DNA from: Paramecium tetraurelia
Taxonomy: Eukaryota
Assembly: GCA_000165425.1 (NCBI GenBank)
Contig: CT868073.1
Location: 1 to 64,000, forward strand
DNA length: 64,000 bases
Direction: 5' to 3'
Shown here piece after piece: positions 11,577 through 26,218 of this stretch. Numbering within the stretch: the stretch's first letter is position 1; each line of letters opens with the position of its first letter. The translations under genes were made by a program, and so were the position numbers. The notes under the pieces are model-generated. The model had not been told where the DNA came from, did not search any database, and was given only the letters and a program-made list of their open reading frames with translations.

Positions 11577-14500
11577 ATGGAACTGAGGCTTCCTCAATAT
11601 ACCTAATTTTTTATAACTATCAACAGTATGGTGAGTGACATGGTTATTAATAAACAGTAAAAAACTGAATTAGAATAAGGCATTTTAAGAAAAGAGAAAA
11701 ACCTAATGGAGATTGTTAGCAAATACGGGAGTAAAGACATGTAAAATAAATACAGAATATCCAATTTAGGGAATAATAATTTCGTGATAGATTAGTTTAG
11801 TATTCAAACCACAGATAGAACAAAGTCTTATTACCTCATATCAAAATTTTAGATAAAAACTAAAGTAACAAATTTAGTGTTAGCGCCCGACAAATTTAAT
11901 TTTAGTAAGAATATACAATAGAAGAGACCAAATAAGAAGTATTACTTGAATTAAACAATAAAAGTCATTATGTCCCTTTATTCTGCAACTGATTGAGTAG
12001 CTAGACACAATGCTCTCAATACATACGACAAACGGAGGACATTTAATTCCTACTGATGTGTAGAAGTTATCCAAATTAAGGGACTAAATTAACTAGAATT
12101 TGGGAATCCAATACGAATAAGAATTAGATAATGAATCATCTGTAAGTTATAGAAATGCTAGTGATTGTGGTAGAGTAATATAGGAGTATTAAGATGAAAA
12201 ATCTGATTAAGTAGATACTAGTGTTCAGTTAAAATGTAAATATTATATTCAAATAATGAATTAAATTAAATAAACTTATGCTTAATTAAAAGTATAAAAT
12301 AATTCATATTATAGAGTCTATTTTTGGGTAGTTTACATACACTTTATTTACTTATGTAAGAGGAATTGTCCTACAATAACTTAGTAAACGTTGTTAAGTC
12401 ACTAATTAAAGAATTGACAGATTCAGAAGAGATATACTTTTTGATTAAAAGAAATGAGGAGTGGGATTTTTATTCCACAGAAAAAGACTCTATCAAATAG
12501 ATCGAGAAGGAGAAGCAGTAAGTATTCTTCTTGAATTTTTCACACTTGAAACCGAATATTATTTATAATTTTAAGAATAATGAAAATCAAACTGAATAAT
12601 TAAAACAAGTATTGGATTTGAATTCTTAGTTTACTGAACTTTCATTAATAAGATTCATCAATCAGAATAAATAAGAAACATTTTTCTTTTTCTATTGGAA
12701 TAAACCATGTAGAAATAAATTGTTGAGAAGATTTATCAAGTACATTACTTTATAATATAAAAAGTGAGGCCAACGAATACAGATTCAAAGACGAAGTCTT
12801 ATGCTTAACTAATTTCTTGATTGATGTAATTTTGCAAGCCAGAGTGCAATATTTTAATCCAGTGTAATTTGCAGATTAGATTTTCGACATAGTTTTAAGT
12901 TTTGTTGAATCGTCTAAATATATCCTATTTGATGAAATATTTAGGGCTTTGAATCCTTATTTTAAAATCAAGAAGGATCATGTTTCATCTGAGAATGGTC
13001 GATAGAATGTACACTCGGATAATTCTGTAAGAATTGAAATGGAATGCAGGAATCCTATTGCATTAATTTTGGAAGAGTTCTATCTTACCAGACAGGATCA
13101 TTAATACATTTACACAGGAATATTGAATTTGAAATCAAAGTATTTGAGACATTTGAGATTGTGTCATGAGAAAATTGCATACTACAAGTACTTTTTAAGA
13201 TCTTCAGATACTATTCTATTTGATTTTGATAAAAATGGAAGACTTCTATTTTTGAATCATTATATCTGGGAGACTCTCAAATCGAAATACAATATTTAAT
13301 TTACTCCAGATCAGAGGACTCCATACTATAAAGAGTTGTTTTTGGATAAAAGAATATTAAAGCACATAGACCTGGATGTATTTACAATGAAAAGGAAGAA
13401 TGAGTACATTTAGACTGAGGATTTTGAAATATTCCTGAAGGTGGTTGATCAAGTTTATAAAGGATTCGTGATAATATTCCATCTATAAGAAGGATCTAGG
13501 ATGACCGAATACATTAAGAATTTGAATGATGAAGAGCAGCATTTGGAGGATGAAATCAAATAGTAAATTCAACGCTCATACAACAAGCATTAAACATTTA
13601 AGTTCATTTCCCAATTACAAAAATCAAATCCGAGTGTTAAAAATTCATACATTTCTTTGTTTATACCAGAGGAATAAAAATCTTTGGATAATTTAGAACA
13701 ATAATATGAAACCAATAATTCATTTTAGTCCTTTGCATCCAAGAAGCCAAGGTTGAGTATTCAAATGTTGAGCAAAACAATCAAGGCATTTCGTTAGTAA
13801 GCAGCTAAATTGCGTATAAAGTCCATAGAATCAGCATTGGAAATTGAGGAGGATGATGATTTGGATAGTTTACATTAAGATGGGACAATTGATAAATTAG
13901 AATTTAATATTTTCTCTGTAATTATTTTAAATTTATTGATGCATAGTATAAGGACAATATGAAAACAAAACTAGTGTATCATATTATTAAGAAGAATGAT
14001 TGGATTGAGAATTACGATATGAATAGGGATGTTCTAATGAAATTTATTAAGGAGGTCGAGAGAAAATACAACAAAAGGAAGAATCCATTTCATAATTTTG
14101 ATCATGGCATTACGGTGATGCAGAGTTGTAATTTCTTATGTTCTTTGCCAAGAGCACATGAATATATAAGTGAGATTGTGTATTTTGCAACTGTGATTTC
14201 AGGGTTATGTCATGACATTTCTCATACAGGAAGGACGAATCAATTTGAAATCAATAGCAAAAGCAAATTGGCTACAAGATACTTGGACAAGAGTGTAATC
14301 TATATGATTTAATTGTTAGCCATTGGAAAATCATCATGCCGCAGTCACTTTGAAATTGTTGAAATAGGATAAGTACAATATATTATAGGGGTTGAATGCT
14401 GAGGATTTGGCAATTTTCAGATAGACTCTTATCGAGAACATTCTATTCACAGATATTAAATAACATTTTGGATTAATAAAGGATTTTGAGTAAAGAGTGA

Positions 14501-14933
14501 AGGAAGGCAAGGAAAATTAGGAGAGAGTGTTTGGATAGGTGGATGGGGATGTAAAGTTGTTCACAGGAATGATTGTTCATACTTCTGATTTTAGTGGTGC
14601 TGCAAAGGTGTTTGAATTGTCGAAGGCTTGGTCAGAGAAAGTCAATATGGAGTTTTAGGCATAATTCGATGAGGAGGGAACTCGCAAGCTCATCTCAACA
14701 CCATTTATGAAGGACTTAGACAAGTAAGAAATAATGGCAAAGAATGAAATGGGATTTTTTAAAGTTATTGTAAGACCGTTATGGGCTAGTTTAAATGAAT
14801 TTTATGTATTTTTATACAGGTTCAACATTTATAGGGTAAACAATTACAGAATGTTATTGACAATGTAGAGAACACTATAATTAATTGGGAGAAGATCTAT
14901 CACACATACAATGAACAAGCGAAATAGGGTTGA
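11577..14933 (+). CDS. Class I 3',5'-cyclic nucleotide phosphodiesterase with long N-terminal region
   Basis: Motifs NPFHNFDHG, GLCHDISHTGRTNQF, LENHHA, HTSDFS, EFQAQFDEE; TGA 14931-14933. Start codon approximate. Confidence 0.9.
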
Positions 14934-14986
14934 ACTGTAAATTGCATATTTCGTTTTTGAAATATTTATTTATATATTTATAATAA

Positions 14987-16004
14987 ATGAGTGAAAGAAG
15001 AGAAGAGGATACCACTCTTGTGCAAGCAGCAATCCCAGCCGCCTTGGAAGGAGCCAAAAAAGCTGAGGAAATGGAAAAGAAGATAAAAGAGTATGCATGA
15101 TCGAAGATATATTAATTTATAGATAAGGTGGATAAAAGCTTTAAGAAGCTGAGAGACAAGCAGACGAATAGATTGCTAAGGCATAAGAAATGATAGGCTT
15201 AACTGGGAATTAAGCTCAAGTTGCGTAGTAAAAATCGTTGATTGTTGCTGCCTCTTAATATCTAGCTGGAAGTTTGTTATCGATGTTGATTCTTCAACTT
15301 GGTTTCTTCGGATCCATTCTTACATTTATCCCATTCTTAGAATAATTGACAATCATTCTATACCTTGTTTCCATATTAATTGTTCAATTCTGTCCAGGCT
15401 CCGTTGACAAAGTAAACAATTTATATATTGATTAGGTTCCTAAAAATTTTGGATTTTGCATTGTTCATTCAGCCAGCAAAATATTATTGATGATATACCT
15501 TACACTTCATTTTGAATCAATCAAATTCGAATTAATACAATTAGTATTTGGAATTGTCATTCTCTTCTTATTGTTCTAAATTAAAAAGGGAATAGGTATC
15601 CAAATTATTACATTTTTTTAGCTGAAAATCAAGATATTGCTTTAGTCGTAAAGAAATAATTCTTCACAGTTTTGATAGTATCAGCAGTTATTTCAGGATT
15701 TTTGGGATTATTAACTAGATCAAACTTATTTATTACTGTCATTTTGATAGTAGTAGGAGCTGGATATACTTATTATTTATAATTGGCATTGTAGAGATTC
15801 GGGGATCACAAGTACTTGTATTTGGACAAAAATGACTTGTACATGGGAGCTGCTTAATTGGATGCAGATCTATTCTTATGGTGTAAATTGGTTGGGTATC
15901 ATTGCATTAAGAGGAATGAGGAAGGAGCCTATGTTCCAAATTTAGAATTTGATGAGGAGAACAAACAGAAGGAACCAGAGAACTAAGAATAAAACAAGAT
16001 CTGA
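14987..16004 (+). CDS. Divergent TMBIM/Bax-inhibitor-1-like multi-pass membrane protein
   Basis: Several hydrophobic segments, a KVPKNF loop and C-terminal LDKNDLYMGAAQLDADLF matching the family pattern; three tiny introns. Confidence 0.6.
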
Positions 16005-16089
16005 TATTTTCATTAAAGAATAAATAAACATATCATTTTATCTTTATATAAATATATATTAGAGATATGATTTTAATAATTATTTTTAT

Positions 16090-18364
16090 ATGTTTGATAA
16101 ATTTTGCATTAGACATTCAGATTAAATTCTAACTCATTTTTGTTCCAATCAATTGTGTCCTCAATTTCTTACGTTTTATTGTACTCAGTGTGAGATCAAA
16201 CAATGCAATAAAAATTATCATTTGCAATAATTTGACAATTTAAGCCATTTCATCAATAAATTGAGTTTGCCCAATTTTGGTAATTTATTATGGGATCAAC
16301 CTTAGACACCAAATAAATTGAGTATTGCTAACAATAAATGAACAAAATAATTAGTAATTTCAACACAATTTAGGAGAAGATCATCAATGATTATGACAAG
16401 GCAATCGAGAAAATAATCGAATAGTATAATATCCTTTTAATTAAGCATTTAGAATAGAAGTAGTTCATTTAAGACTGAAATCATCAGCTAAATAGATTTC
16501 CAAAAGGAATACATGATAGATAAATTGACAGAATTCACAAACACAATGGATAAGCATTATAATACATACAAGTAATCTTATGATTAGACTAAATCAATTC
16601 TGAATGCCCAAGAAAGCAATGTTCACATTGAGGAACATTACAGATAGGTTGACATGACCTCATTATAAGAATATTATAATGTGTTATTGAGAATGCAACC
16701 TGAACTCGAGGTTTTGGCAATAGAAAACAGTTTGTAAATTACAAAGGAACAATAGATTATTGAATCATTTAATCACAATATCTACAAGGAATTTTAAGAT
16801 AAAATCATAGAATATGCAGAAAATATACTAACTTTGCTGTGGAGCAAATACTATTCAATGACCTCCAATATCCATTTGTATGACAATAAAAGTATTTTCT
16901 AAATGCATATCATTAGCATAAAGCATAGCTTAATCTGAGATGATTGAAAACATTAGAATTAGCAGATCCTCATCATCAAACTCCTATTCTGTGTTCAATG
17001 AAATCGACAATATTATTGCCATGGGCCAACAATTCAATAACAACAATACGTCTATCAAGTTGAAAAGCTAATCCTATGGATATACCAAATTTAATCTGAT
17101 GACCTAAGCACAACTTAGTATCAGACGCAACCATTTGGATAATTAATAACAATTGCCAATCATCACTCCTCATTGTATCTTGGTCATTAAGAATTAACAT
17201 ATCATCTTGACTGCTGGAGATAGCAACACAATCTATGTTTGGATTCACAAGAAAGAGTCCAATCTATGGAGATTAGAATCACAATTACAATTGCAGAGTA
17301 AAGAATAGCAATATATTTAATGTATGGAATTACTCTACAACCCATTTATTAGTGAGTCACGAAACAGCAAATAGAGTTTTGCAAATCTAAAGGTTCTGTT
17401 GAATCCTATTATCGCAGTTTGTGGTTAGAATAACATCTACATTGTGCAATTCGATATTATGACTAATCAAATCACCATACAGTGTTAGTACACAATCAAA
17501 GACCAAAAGGAATAAGAAATACATACTGTATAACAGTGTCAAACTATGGGTAGTTATAATTATTTCATTATTGGCATGGAGAAAGGAACCATGATATTAT
17601 TTAATTATATTATCAGTATTGACAACACTTTTACTATAAAAATAGATTAGATTATCAAATAACACAAGGATTGCATTACAAGTATTGAAATAATAGGTGA
17701 TCAATTAATTGCAGTAGCAAGTAATGATAGATCTGTTTCGATTTGGCAATATTTTAATAATAAACTAAGGTTATCGCCAATCAAGTTAAACAGATTCTGG
17801 GAAGACATCCCATGTCTACGATAAGTTTATACCAATTCATTTATCACCTTTGATTCCAATTTCAATATAACATAATGGTATTTAGAAAATCTGAATAAAA
17901 TTGTTATTATTAACAGTCTCTAGTCTAGTAAATTGAAACAAGAAGTCTAAGAGGCCGTTATCATAAATAATCCAGATAATGCTTAAGATTTCTGTATCAT
18001 ATTACTCATCAGAGAATAGTCAAATACCAATAAGATTGTTATTTTGGATAGATATTTCTCAGTTGTATCATCGGAGTCTCTACCTCAATAATTTCAAAGT
18101 TATTTGAGCATCCCAAGGAAGAAGCATAATCATTATATTACAAACTATAAGATGAGGATTATAAATGACTTGGCCCCTAATAAAGGGTTCAGTTCCTTTG
18201 TAGATGTTAAGCAGAATGAGAAATAGCCTAATTAATAGTAATAATAATCTTTTTCTTAATAATAATAAATGAACTAGAATAAGAAGGTTAATCTGGCAAT
18301 TATCAACAATAATAAGACAAATTAACATTTTATTGAAATTTCTTACATTATAGGAACTGACTGA
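16090..18364 (+). CDS. Cys/His-rich (B-box-like) N-terminus, coiled coil and WD40 repeat protein
   Basis: CIRHSDQILTHFCSNQLC..YCTQC at the N-terminus; WD-like repeats ILTAGDSNTIYVW and HKDCITSIEIIGDQLIAVASNDRSVSIW. Confidence 0.75.
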
Positions 18365-18544
18365 AATGATGTTTATTATGTATAATAATAACATGTTTTT
18401 AATGAACATTGGTAAAATATATACAATCTTTCTCTCTGATTCACTTTAGAATGAGATTCAAAATTTAGAACTTGTAAATATATACAGAAGTATTTTGTAG
18501 AAAATAAATGGAACTGATTATAAAAATTAATTATTAAAAATAAT

Positions 18545-19292
18545 ATGAGTGCAGAGTAATGGTTAGTCTTACGCTTGGATTTATTGCCTAGCATCGCACA
18601 GGAAGTAGAATAGATTTGCATAAACTATATTCGTATTAGCTGATGATATAATGCATAGATTTATGTGACGAAGTCAGAAAAGGAAATAAATAAGCATACC
18701 AAGATTTAATCGTGCTATAGGCTAGAGTTTATAATATAATAATAATAGATTCGAGGGAGGATGGATGATTTTGATAAGTTTTACGATAGAAACTATGCTG
18801 ATTATCGTATTGGTTATTTTGAGAAAATGAAATTGAGATTAAGAAAGCTCATAAGTCCTCATATTGATGTTAATAGATTAATCTATGAAGAAACCTAAAA
18901 TTATAATCAATAGTACATGAATAAATCCAATTTATAGATCATCTCCTATCAAGAATACCACACCTCCTCCTGTTATGGATAATTAATCAAATGTTTAAAA
19001 AGTAACAGAATTCGTATCAGTGCAACCAAAAAGGATTCAATCACCTCCGAATAAAATGACTGCTTCCAGCAATTACAACAGCACCAATAAATAGAAACAG
19101 GCAACTCCAATCGCGTAAAACAATAAAAAGGCGAGCAAGTAACCCTAATAGGTGAAGTCATCATAAGCTAAGGCAAAGACATAATAGGATGAATTAGTTT
19201 TTACAATTAAGATGAGCAAGGAAGTATTATTCGATGATTAATAAAAATAGGAATATTTGTAATATATACAAGCTAAATAAAAATAGAGATGA
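18545..19292 (+). CDS. Hypothetical protein
   Basis: MSAEQWLVLRLDLLPSIAQEVEQICINY..., tiny introns, ends IQAKQKQR-TGA. Confidence 0.65.
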
Positions 19293-19336
19293 CTGTTTGA
19301 ATTATTTATATATAATTAAAAATTACGTTAAAAATA

Positions 19337-20836
19337 ATGTTTCAGAAGATGCTCAATTAACAATTGAAGAAACAAGTAGATGAATGTATTTAAATGATAG
19401 TCGGAAGAATAAAACAGAAGAGTAGTTACAGAAGTGGAAGAAATGGATAAGGAGATTAAAACATTATAGGATATTTCAAACCTAAAAGCTCGTTTAAAAA
19501 TGAATCAAATGGCCAAGTAGCCTTTTAAGAAAACCAAGGAAGAGCCCACGACTTCTATTTATGTGGGGAAGTTTGAAAATCAACTAAAATCATTCCAACA
19601 ATAGACAATCAAAAAACAGTCTCGCAAACCTCTTTCGATTGAAAAGAATAGCACCAAATCTGTGTTGATGCCAGCAACAACTGAAAGATATGATTATAGC
19701 AATTTTACTTACACAAATCTGAAAGTTGTTGGCAGCGGATCGTTTGGAGTTGTTTACAAAGTAAATAATTTTAGTATTTGCAGGCTAAAGTGAATGAGAC
19801 TGGAGAAATAGTAGCCATCAAGAAAGTCTTACAAGACAGAAGATATAAAAATAGAGAACTTTAAATCCTCCAAGAATTAGATCATTAGAATGTATTGAAG
19901 ATGAAACATGCTTTCTACACTCCAGCAGAGAACAAAGACGAAAGTTACTTAAATGTAGTAATGGAGTACTTCTCAGACACTCTCTATTCCTATAATAAGT
20001 CATTTATTAAGGATTTCAAGAGGATGCCTGAACTCTTAGTTAAAATCTTTAGTTATCAATTGCTCAGATCCATAGCGTACTAAATATTAATAATCCCTAG
20101 TTATATTTCAATTTTGGGAATATGTCATAGAGATATCAAACCACACAATGTTTTAGTTAATCCAGAAACCAATAAATTATAGTTATGTGATTTTGGAAGT
20201 GCCAAGAGATTGATATCAGGGGAACCAAATATCGCCTATATTTGCTCAAGATGTTACAGAGCCCCAGAACTCATATTTGGAGCGACTGATTATGACACCT
20301 AAATTGATGTTTGGTCTGTTGGCTGTGTCATTGCTGAATTAATTAATGGAGAACCATTATTTTTAGGAGACTCGGCTGTTGACTAAATGGTTGAAATCGT
20401 AAAAGTGCTTGGCACACCCTCTAAGGAGTAGATCTTAAGCATGAACAAAAACTATGATATGTAGCAGTATTAATTTGCTGCTATAAAGTAAAGAGATTGG
20501 AGAAGAGTACAATATTATATTAATTTAATAGGTATTGAAAACTAAAGATCCAAAAGCTATAGATCTAGTCTCAAAATTATTGACTTACTGTCCTAAAACT
20601 AGATTCACTCCTCTTTAATCTTTGGCACATCCTTATTTCGATGAGTTAAGAGATTAATTTAAAGCTATCTAAAGCACAATCAAACTTAGTGCCTCTGAGC
20701 TCTTTGAATTTTCAAATGGTATTTATTTTTATTTAAAATATTAGAAGAAGCATCTAAAATGACTTAATAATAAATGATTACATTAATACCAGATTGGTAT
20801 TCTAATACTTCAAAACCTTTAAAAACAGTTTGCTGA
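19337..20836 (+). CDS. GSK3: GSK3/Shaggy-like Ser/Thr kinase
   Basis: [89 protein letters not shown]. Confidence 0.95.
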
Positions 20837-21171
20837 TTAATCATGATTATTTTTACATAATGAATATATCAATCGAATTTTGTGGTTTGTTTACATGATA
20901 AAGTCTAAATATATTAATTTAACATATTGAATTAGAATAGCTATCAGTAGTTTATGTAATCATTTTATATCAACACATTAAGTGTTATTCGCTTCCGGCT
21001 TCGAATCTTAAATTTATATATAATTCTTATTATTGACAGTAAGAACATATCACATCCTACTAAATTTAATTAGTATTTAAATGACAGTCTTATTTGCATG
21101 AATAGATTATAAAATATTTAAAACTAACTACTAAATTATCAAAATTCAGTATATTATATTTTCAATTTATA

Positions 21172-23607
21172 TCAATTTTAATAATATTATTAAATGGGAG
21201 GAGTTCTAGGTATTTTTGGTCTGGATACGAAAGCCTAGGCTTATGGTTACACTTGTTTTTGATTAGGATTAATTTATGCTAGACTATCAGCTATGAATGG
21301 ACCTTCTAGATAAAATGATAAAAATTATGCTTACATCCAATAGGCATTTTCTCTAGTTGAGAATCCCTCAATTGCTCTTAAAAGATACTTCTCTACTGCA
21401 ACTCTTTCTGCATTATGGATTCCATCAATTGTCTTTGTTATTCTGCTTGTTCGTTATCTAATGCAAATTCATTCTTCAATAATTCTTCTCCAACAACCAT
21501 TTCATTGTTGTCTAAATCATCTTCATCCTCATCGTCCACTGGGCATTCTTCATCATCTTCTAAATCATCCACATCATTATCCTCCTCCAATTATGACTGT
21601 TCATAATCGTCTTCATTACTCTCTAATTGTTCAATCATATATTAAATTTATTTCTTGAATCTCTCTTCGCTAATCGACAATAACTTAGGTAATTCTTGAG
21701 GGATGTTCAGTTAATATGCATAATCTCTCAGTTCTCTCCTACTAAACATTGAATAAAATGTTCCATTAGTAAAGGTCCTAATCTAATCATTGGGATATTC
21801 AATTAATTCAAACAGCACTTCAAAAGCTAATTCTTTATTCATAGACAAAGCATCACGACCTCTTGAACTCAAGGATAAATTCATAATCAACGCAGTTATG
21901 TATTCATAGGTGTATTCACTAAGATTAAATTTCTCCTATTTATAATATGAATATTTCATACTCTTTATAAGATAGTCAAAGCCACATAAATGATATCGTT
22001 ATCAAGCATCCAAATTTGGCTTTATTTCCTTAACGATAATTTTTATAAAGTTCCTATGGCATTTTTCCTTTTTATTGAATCTGTCTAATCTTTTTTGATT
22101 AATTCAATTAGTAACTTAATGAGTTGAGAATTGGATATTAAATAAGTTCTACCATCGTAATCTGATGCCAATGCATTCATTAATTTTAATGTTTAACATT
22201 AGATCACAGGGGCTGCTTTGAACATTAAATGCTAAGCTAAAATGATATTGCGTTAATGAGTTCCTATCAAATCATGAGTTTAATAAGCAACCACAACAGA
22301 TCTCCTCTCCAAAGCACTTCTAGCTCTGGTAATTCTCCACCTCAATGCTTGCAATACAGTTGCTATCAATACTGAATTCTGAGACTTTGTGAACAATTAA
22401 ATGATTTTACCATAATTTAAAGGAATGTACTCCTCGATTGACTGTTGAACTGGATTGATCTCTATTAATATAATTACGACTACAACATACATTGCTAATT
22501 GGTAATTTCAGATAGGTCATGATCTGGTTAGGTTATGTTATTAAACAGAGAAATGTCCTCGGACTTATTCACCAAGTCTTCCAAATTCTAACTAAAGAAC
22601 TTGTCATAGGAAGTAATCTTCTTTTTGAATTGTTGAACCTGTTCAGGTATTTTCTTATTGCTTTCTATGTATTTGAGCATCTCTTTCTGCATCTTCAACA
22701 TTTCTCCTGTCAAAGAGAACCATTTTTTTTAAGCTTCCGTTAAATTTTTTTAGGCTAGATGATTTAATTCTTATAATGCCTAAATCTATTGATTATTCTT
22801 CTTTTTGAGTTCGAAGTTTTCTTGTTGCAATTATTTCATTTCTATAACACGTTTTTGATCAATTTATTGTTGATTGTTCGTGGATCCTTCCTTCGATAAA
22901 ACCAATCTTTTTAAAACACTACCATGTTGATCTGATCCATAGATGGATTAAATAAATTCCTTCAATTTTATTCTCAAATCTGATACCCATTCATGAGTGA
23001 ATAAATGCTAGAAGGATGGATGGGTTTATGGATTTTTTACATATGGCAATGCATAGAATGAAAGAACTTCATTTGTTTTCGATAAATCCCCTCCTTTTGT
23101 GTCGAGGTAGGTTTTCAATTGATTTATCGAATACTTATCAATCTAGCCTTTCCTCTTGAACAATGGATGAATAGGATAGATAAAGAAATAGATCTATATG
23201 TAGAACTCTAATTTCCAAGAATCATGGTCTTGACGTTGTGAAATAGGGATGTATCGACTCCAAGATTCGAAAAACTTATCTCTTTCTCCTCTATCGAAAT
23301 GCCCCAAAATTATATGTTCGGTTTCATTACTTTGTTCGGTTGCGAATTGTGATTCAATTTTGAATTGCTCTAATGTTTTAATACAATTAGATCTTAACAA
23401 GTAATCCTACACTATAATATTCAGTTGTTCTGTTAGATTTCCACTTGAGTCAACCGATTTATCAGCCTATATAATATTATTGCATACTGATTATACTGCT
23501 GATTGCACTCTTTTTTAAGGACTCTCATTCTTCCGATTCACCCCGGAGTTCACTTTACTTCTCGTATCCTTTGATGATTATGGTTTCCGATTGTTGTTAT
23601 TCATCAT
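21172..23607 (-). CDS. ARMC9: LisH/armadillo protein ARMC9 homolog (ciliary)
   Basis: LisH-like [53 protein letters not shown]-terminal [12 protein letters not shown]. Confidence 0.85.
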
Positions 23608-23939
23608 AACAGATAATATTAATAAATAAATTTTTAATTCTCATTACTTCCAAATAACAATTACTTTTAGAATATTCAAAAGAACTCTATAAGTAATTAA
23701 CATTTGTAATTCTTATATTCTTAAATGCATATCAGACTTATTTAAACTTTATATTTACATTTAAAATGAAGGTTGATTCATTTTCTCATTCAAAGAAATT
23801 AAAGTCATTTAAATATTCATTTAATGATAATTCTTACTAAAAAATAACTTTAATATCAAAATTGAAATGCAATAATTTAAACTTAACAAAACAATAATAA
23901 CCATAAATAACCTATTCTAAGATTATTAAAATTGATGAA

Positions 23940-24690
23940 CTATTGAGATTAATTTAATTTTAAAGGAATTTAAAAGAGACTGAGACCAAGACTCATGAAT
24001 TTAAATGAAATGAAATGCTACTTTGAATTGAAAAGACAGAGGATTTGTGATATATAGTTTACTTTATCTGTTTTTATCATTTAAATTTTTGACATGAATT
24101 AGTTAAATATAATCTTTTCCATAGAAATGTAAATCATCTCTCTTAACTCATTAATAAATCCAAAACATCACTTCGACAATTAGGACACTTTGTACTATGA
24201 TCAAGCCAAGAAAACAAGCAAGATTTATGGAAAATATGCTTGCAAGGAAGTTATATTATTGTCTCATCTAGTATATATAGATTATTACCTTTTTCGAAAC
24301 TATTACAGCAAATACTGCATTGTCTGTTGGATTTACCCATCTTCATCATCCTTAATTTTTTTTACAATATCTTAGGTACTCCATTACCCTTTTAAAAAAC
24401 CTTATCAATGTTGCTCTACCATAATTGATTTTGTAAAGACTAATTATCAATATTTGGTAGATAATACCACTATCTCTTATCTTATCTGATTAGTAACTAC
24501 ATAATGATTGCATTTATACCTTATTCCCAGATTCTAAGTGGAACTTCTTCAACTTCAAACTCAGATCTTTATTATTCTTCTAAAACTTATTTCATTTCAT
24601 ACCCCTTCTTTCTTCAACTATTGATATCATTCTCCGTGTAATTGTTCTTTATTTTGAGAATTTATTAATGCTGTTATATAAATTAATCAT
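23940..24690 (+). pseudogene. Possible degenerate TMBIM/BI-1-like relic upstream of the intact copy
   Basis: Hydrophobic frame fragments with stops and frameshifts; tail TIDIILRVIVLILRI resembles the family C-terminal helix. Confidence 0.25.
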
Positions 24691-25189
24691 AAATATATCA
24701 GCACAAAATATATTGTATACTGATTTACACATTCAACAAACCAATTGATGAGTTATTTAAATATTCTCAATATAAATTAAACTGTTCACAGTTCTCTCAA
24801 TATCTAAAACTGTTATTAGAAATAGAAGAACATTATGTTACACGGATCTTTTTCTATTATAATAATATATTAGTTAAATAATATGATTCATAATATTTGA
24901 GTATTATATAATAATATAATAAATAGTCAAAATAAAATATAAATGATATCGTTATGAAGTTAAAGTGAAGTTTGAGTGTCTTAATTTTTGTAAATTTAAT
25001 ATTAAATTTTTCAGAAATGGAGATTGATCTATAATATTTTATTGAGTCTTGTAGAAATGGAGATTAAACATCGGCAAACAAGTTCTCTAGAAAGACAATA
25101 TAGAATAAATTAATAATGCGTTGATTTTATGATTTTTAAACTATCGATATATGAAGAACTTTAATTAATATTTTTATCATCTTTAAAAA

Positions 25190-26218
25190 ATGTACAATAA
25201 TTCTAACCAAGATTATTACTAATACAATCAGAATACTTAGCAGCAGTATCAACAATAATAACAACAACAATAATATTATAATCCTTAGGCCTTTGACACA
25301 TCAGATGGAAAAGCTTAAAAAGCTAATAATAATTTTGGATGTATATTATGATTTAGATTATTTAGACATGGGGGACTTTTAAGATTCTTACATTAGAGCA
25401 GATTTCGTCAAAAAGGTGTACACTCTTTTGACAATGGAACTTTTGATCACCTTAGGAATGATTGCTTTAGGACTATACACAGGGATGGCTAATTGGCTAG
25501 TATAGATAGAATTGGATGATGATGTCATCCTTTGTTATTATCAAGCTTTTGGACCCATGTATTGTGAATCATATCATTATTAAACTATCTAACCTTATCC
25601 TACTTGGCTATTCTATGTGTCTTTTTTTGTTGCATTGATAATGTAATGTGCACTATACTGTGGTGGAAATCTTGCAAGAAAAGTAAATTATATGGTAAAA
25701 CTTAGGCTCCTGTTAATTACATAGTCCTATTTCTATACATTGTATTCTTCGGATTCACTCTAACAACCTTTTGCATATTAATGGCCATGTATTGGGGATA
25801 GGCTATTGTTTGGTAGGCCTGGGGAATCACTTTTATAATAGTTTTGGCATTGACATTATATGCATGCAAGACGAAAACTGATTTCTCTTTCAAAAGTATC
25901 AACTATTCCATATTTTTAGTTGGTGCAATTTTCATTCTATGTCCAACCATATTGATGTTAGCCATCATGTTATGCATTTGGTGGAGTTATGCTGTCTATA
26001 TCTTGTTGTGTACCCTATTTATAGTAATCTATGGATTCTATTTGATATGGGAAACCTAATTGATTATGGGCAAAGGAGTAAGAATATTTATAATATTATT
26101 ATAGAAACTAAAATTATCAATTGACGATTATGTGATTGGATCATTGTTGCTCTACGCTACTATAATTTAGTTGTTCCTCAGAATCATAGAAATCTTAGCC
26201 ATAGCCCGTGGAAAATGA
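25190..26218 (+). CDS. TMBIM/BI-1 (Lifeguard/GRINA-like) membrane protein
   Basis: IRADFVKKVYTLLTMELLIT, LARKAPVNYIVL, ALTLYACKTKTDFS, YGFYLIWETQLIMG, LSIDDYVIGSLLLYAT. Confidence 0.9.

Noticed and set aside
20995..21010. TTCGAATC resembling a tRNA T-loop
   Set aside because: No cloverleaf, D-arm or acceptor stem.
21030..21090. Two CTGTCA motifs on the minus strand, as in ciliate telomerase RNA
   Set aside because: No adjacent C4A2-type template sequence.
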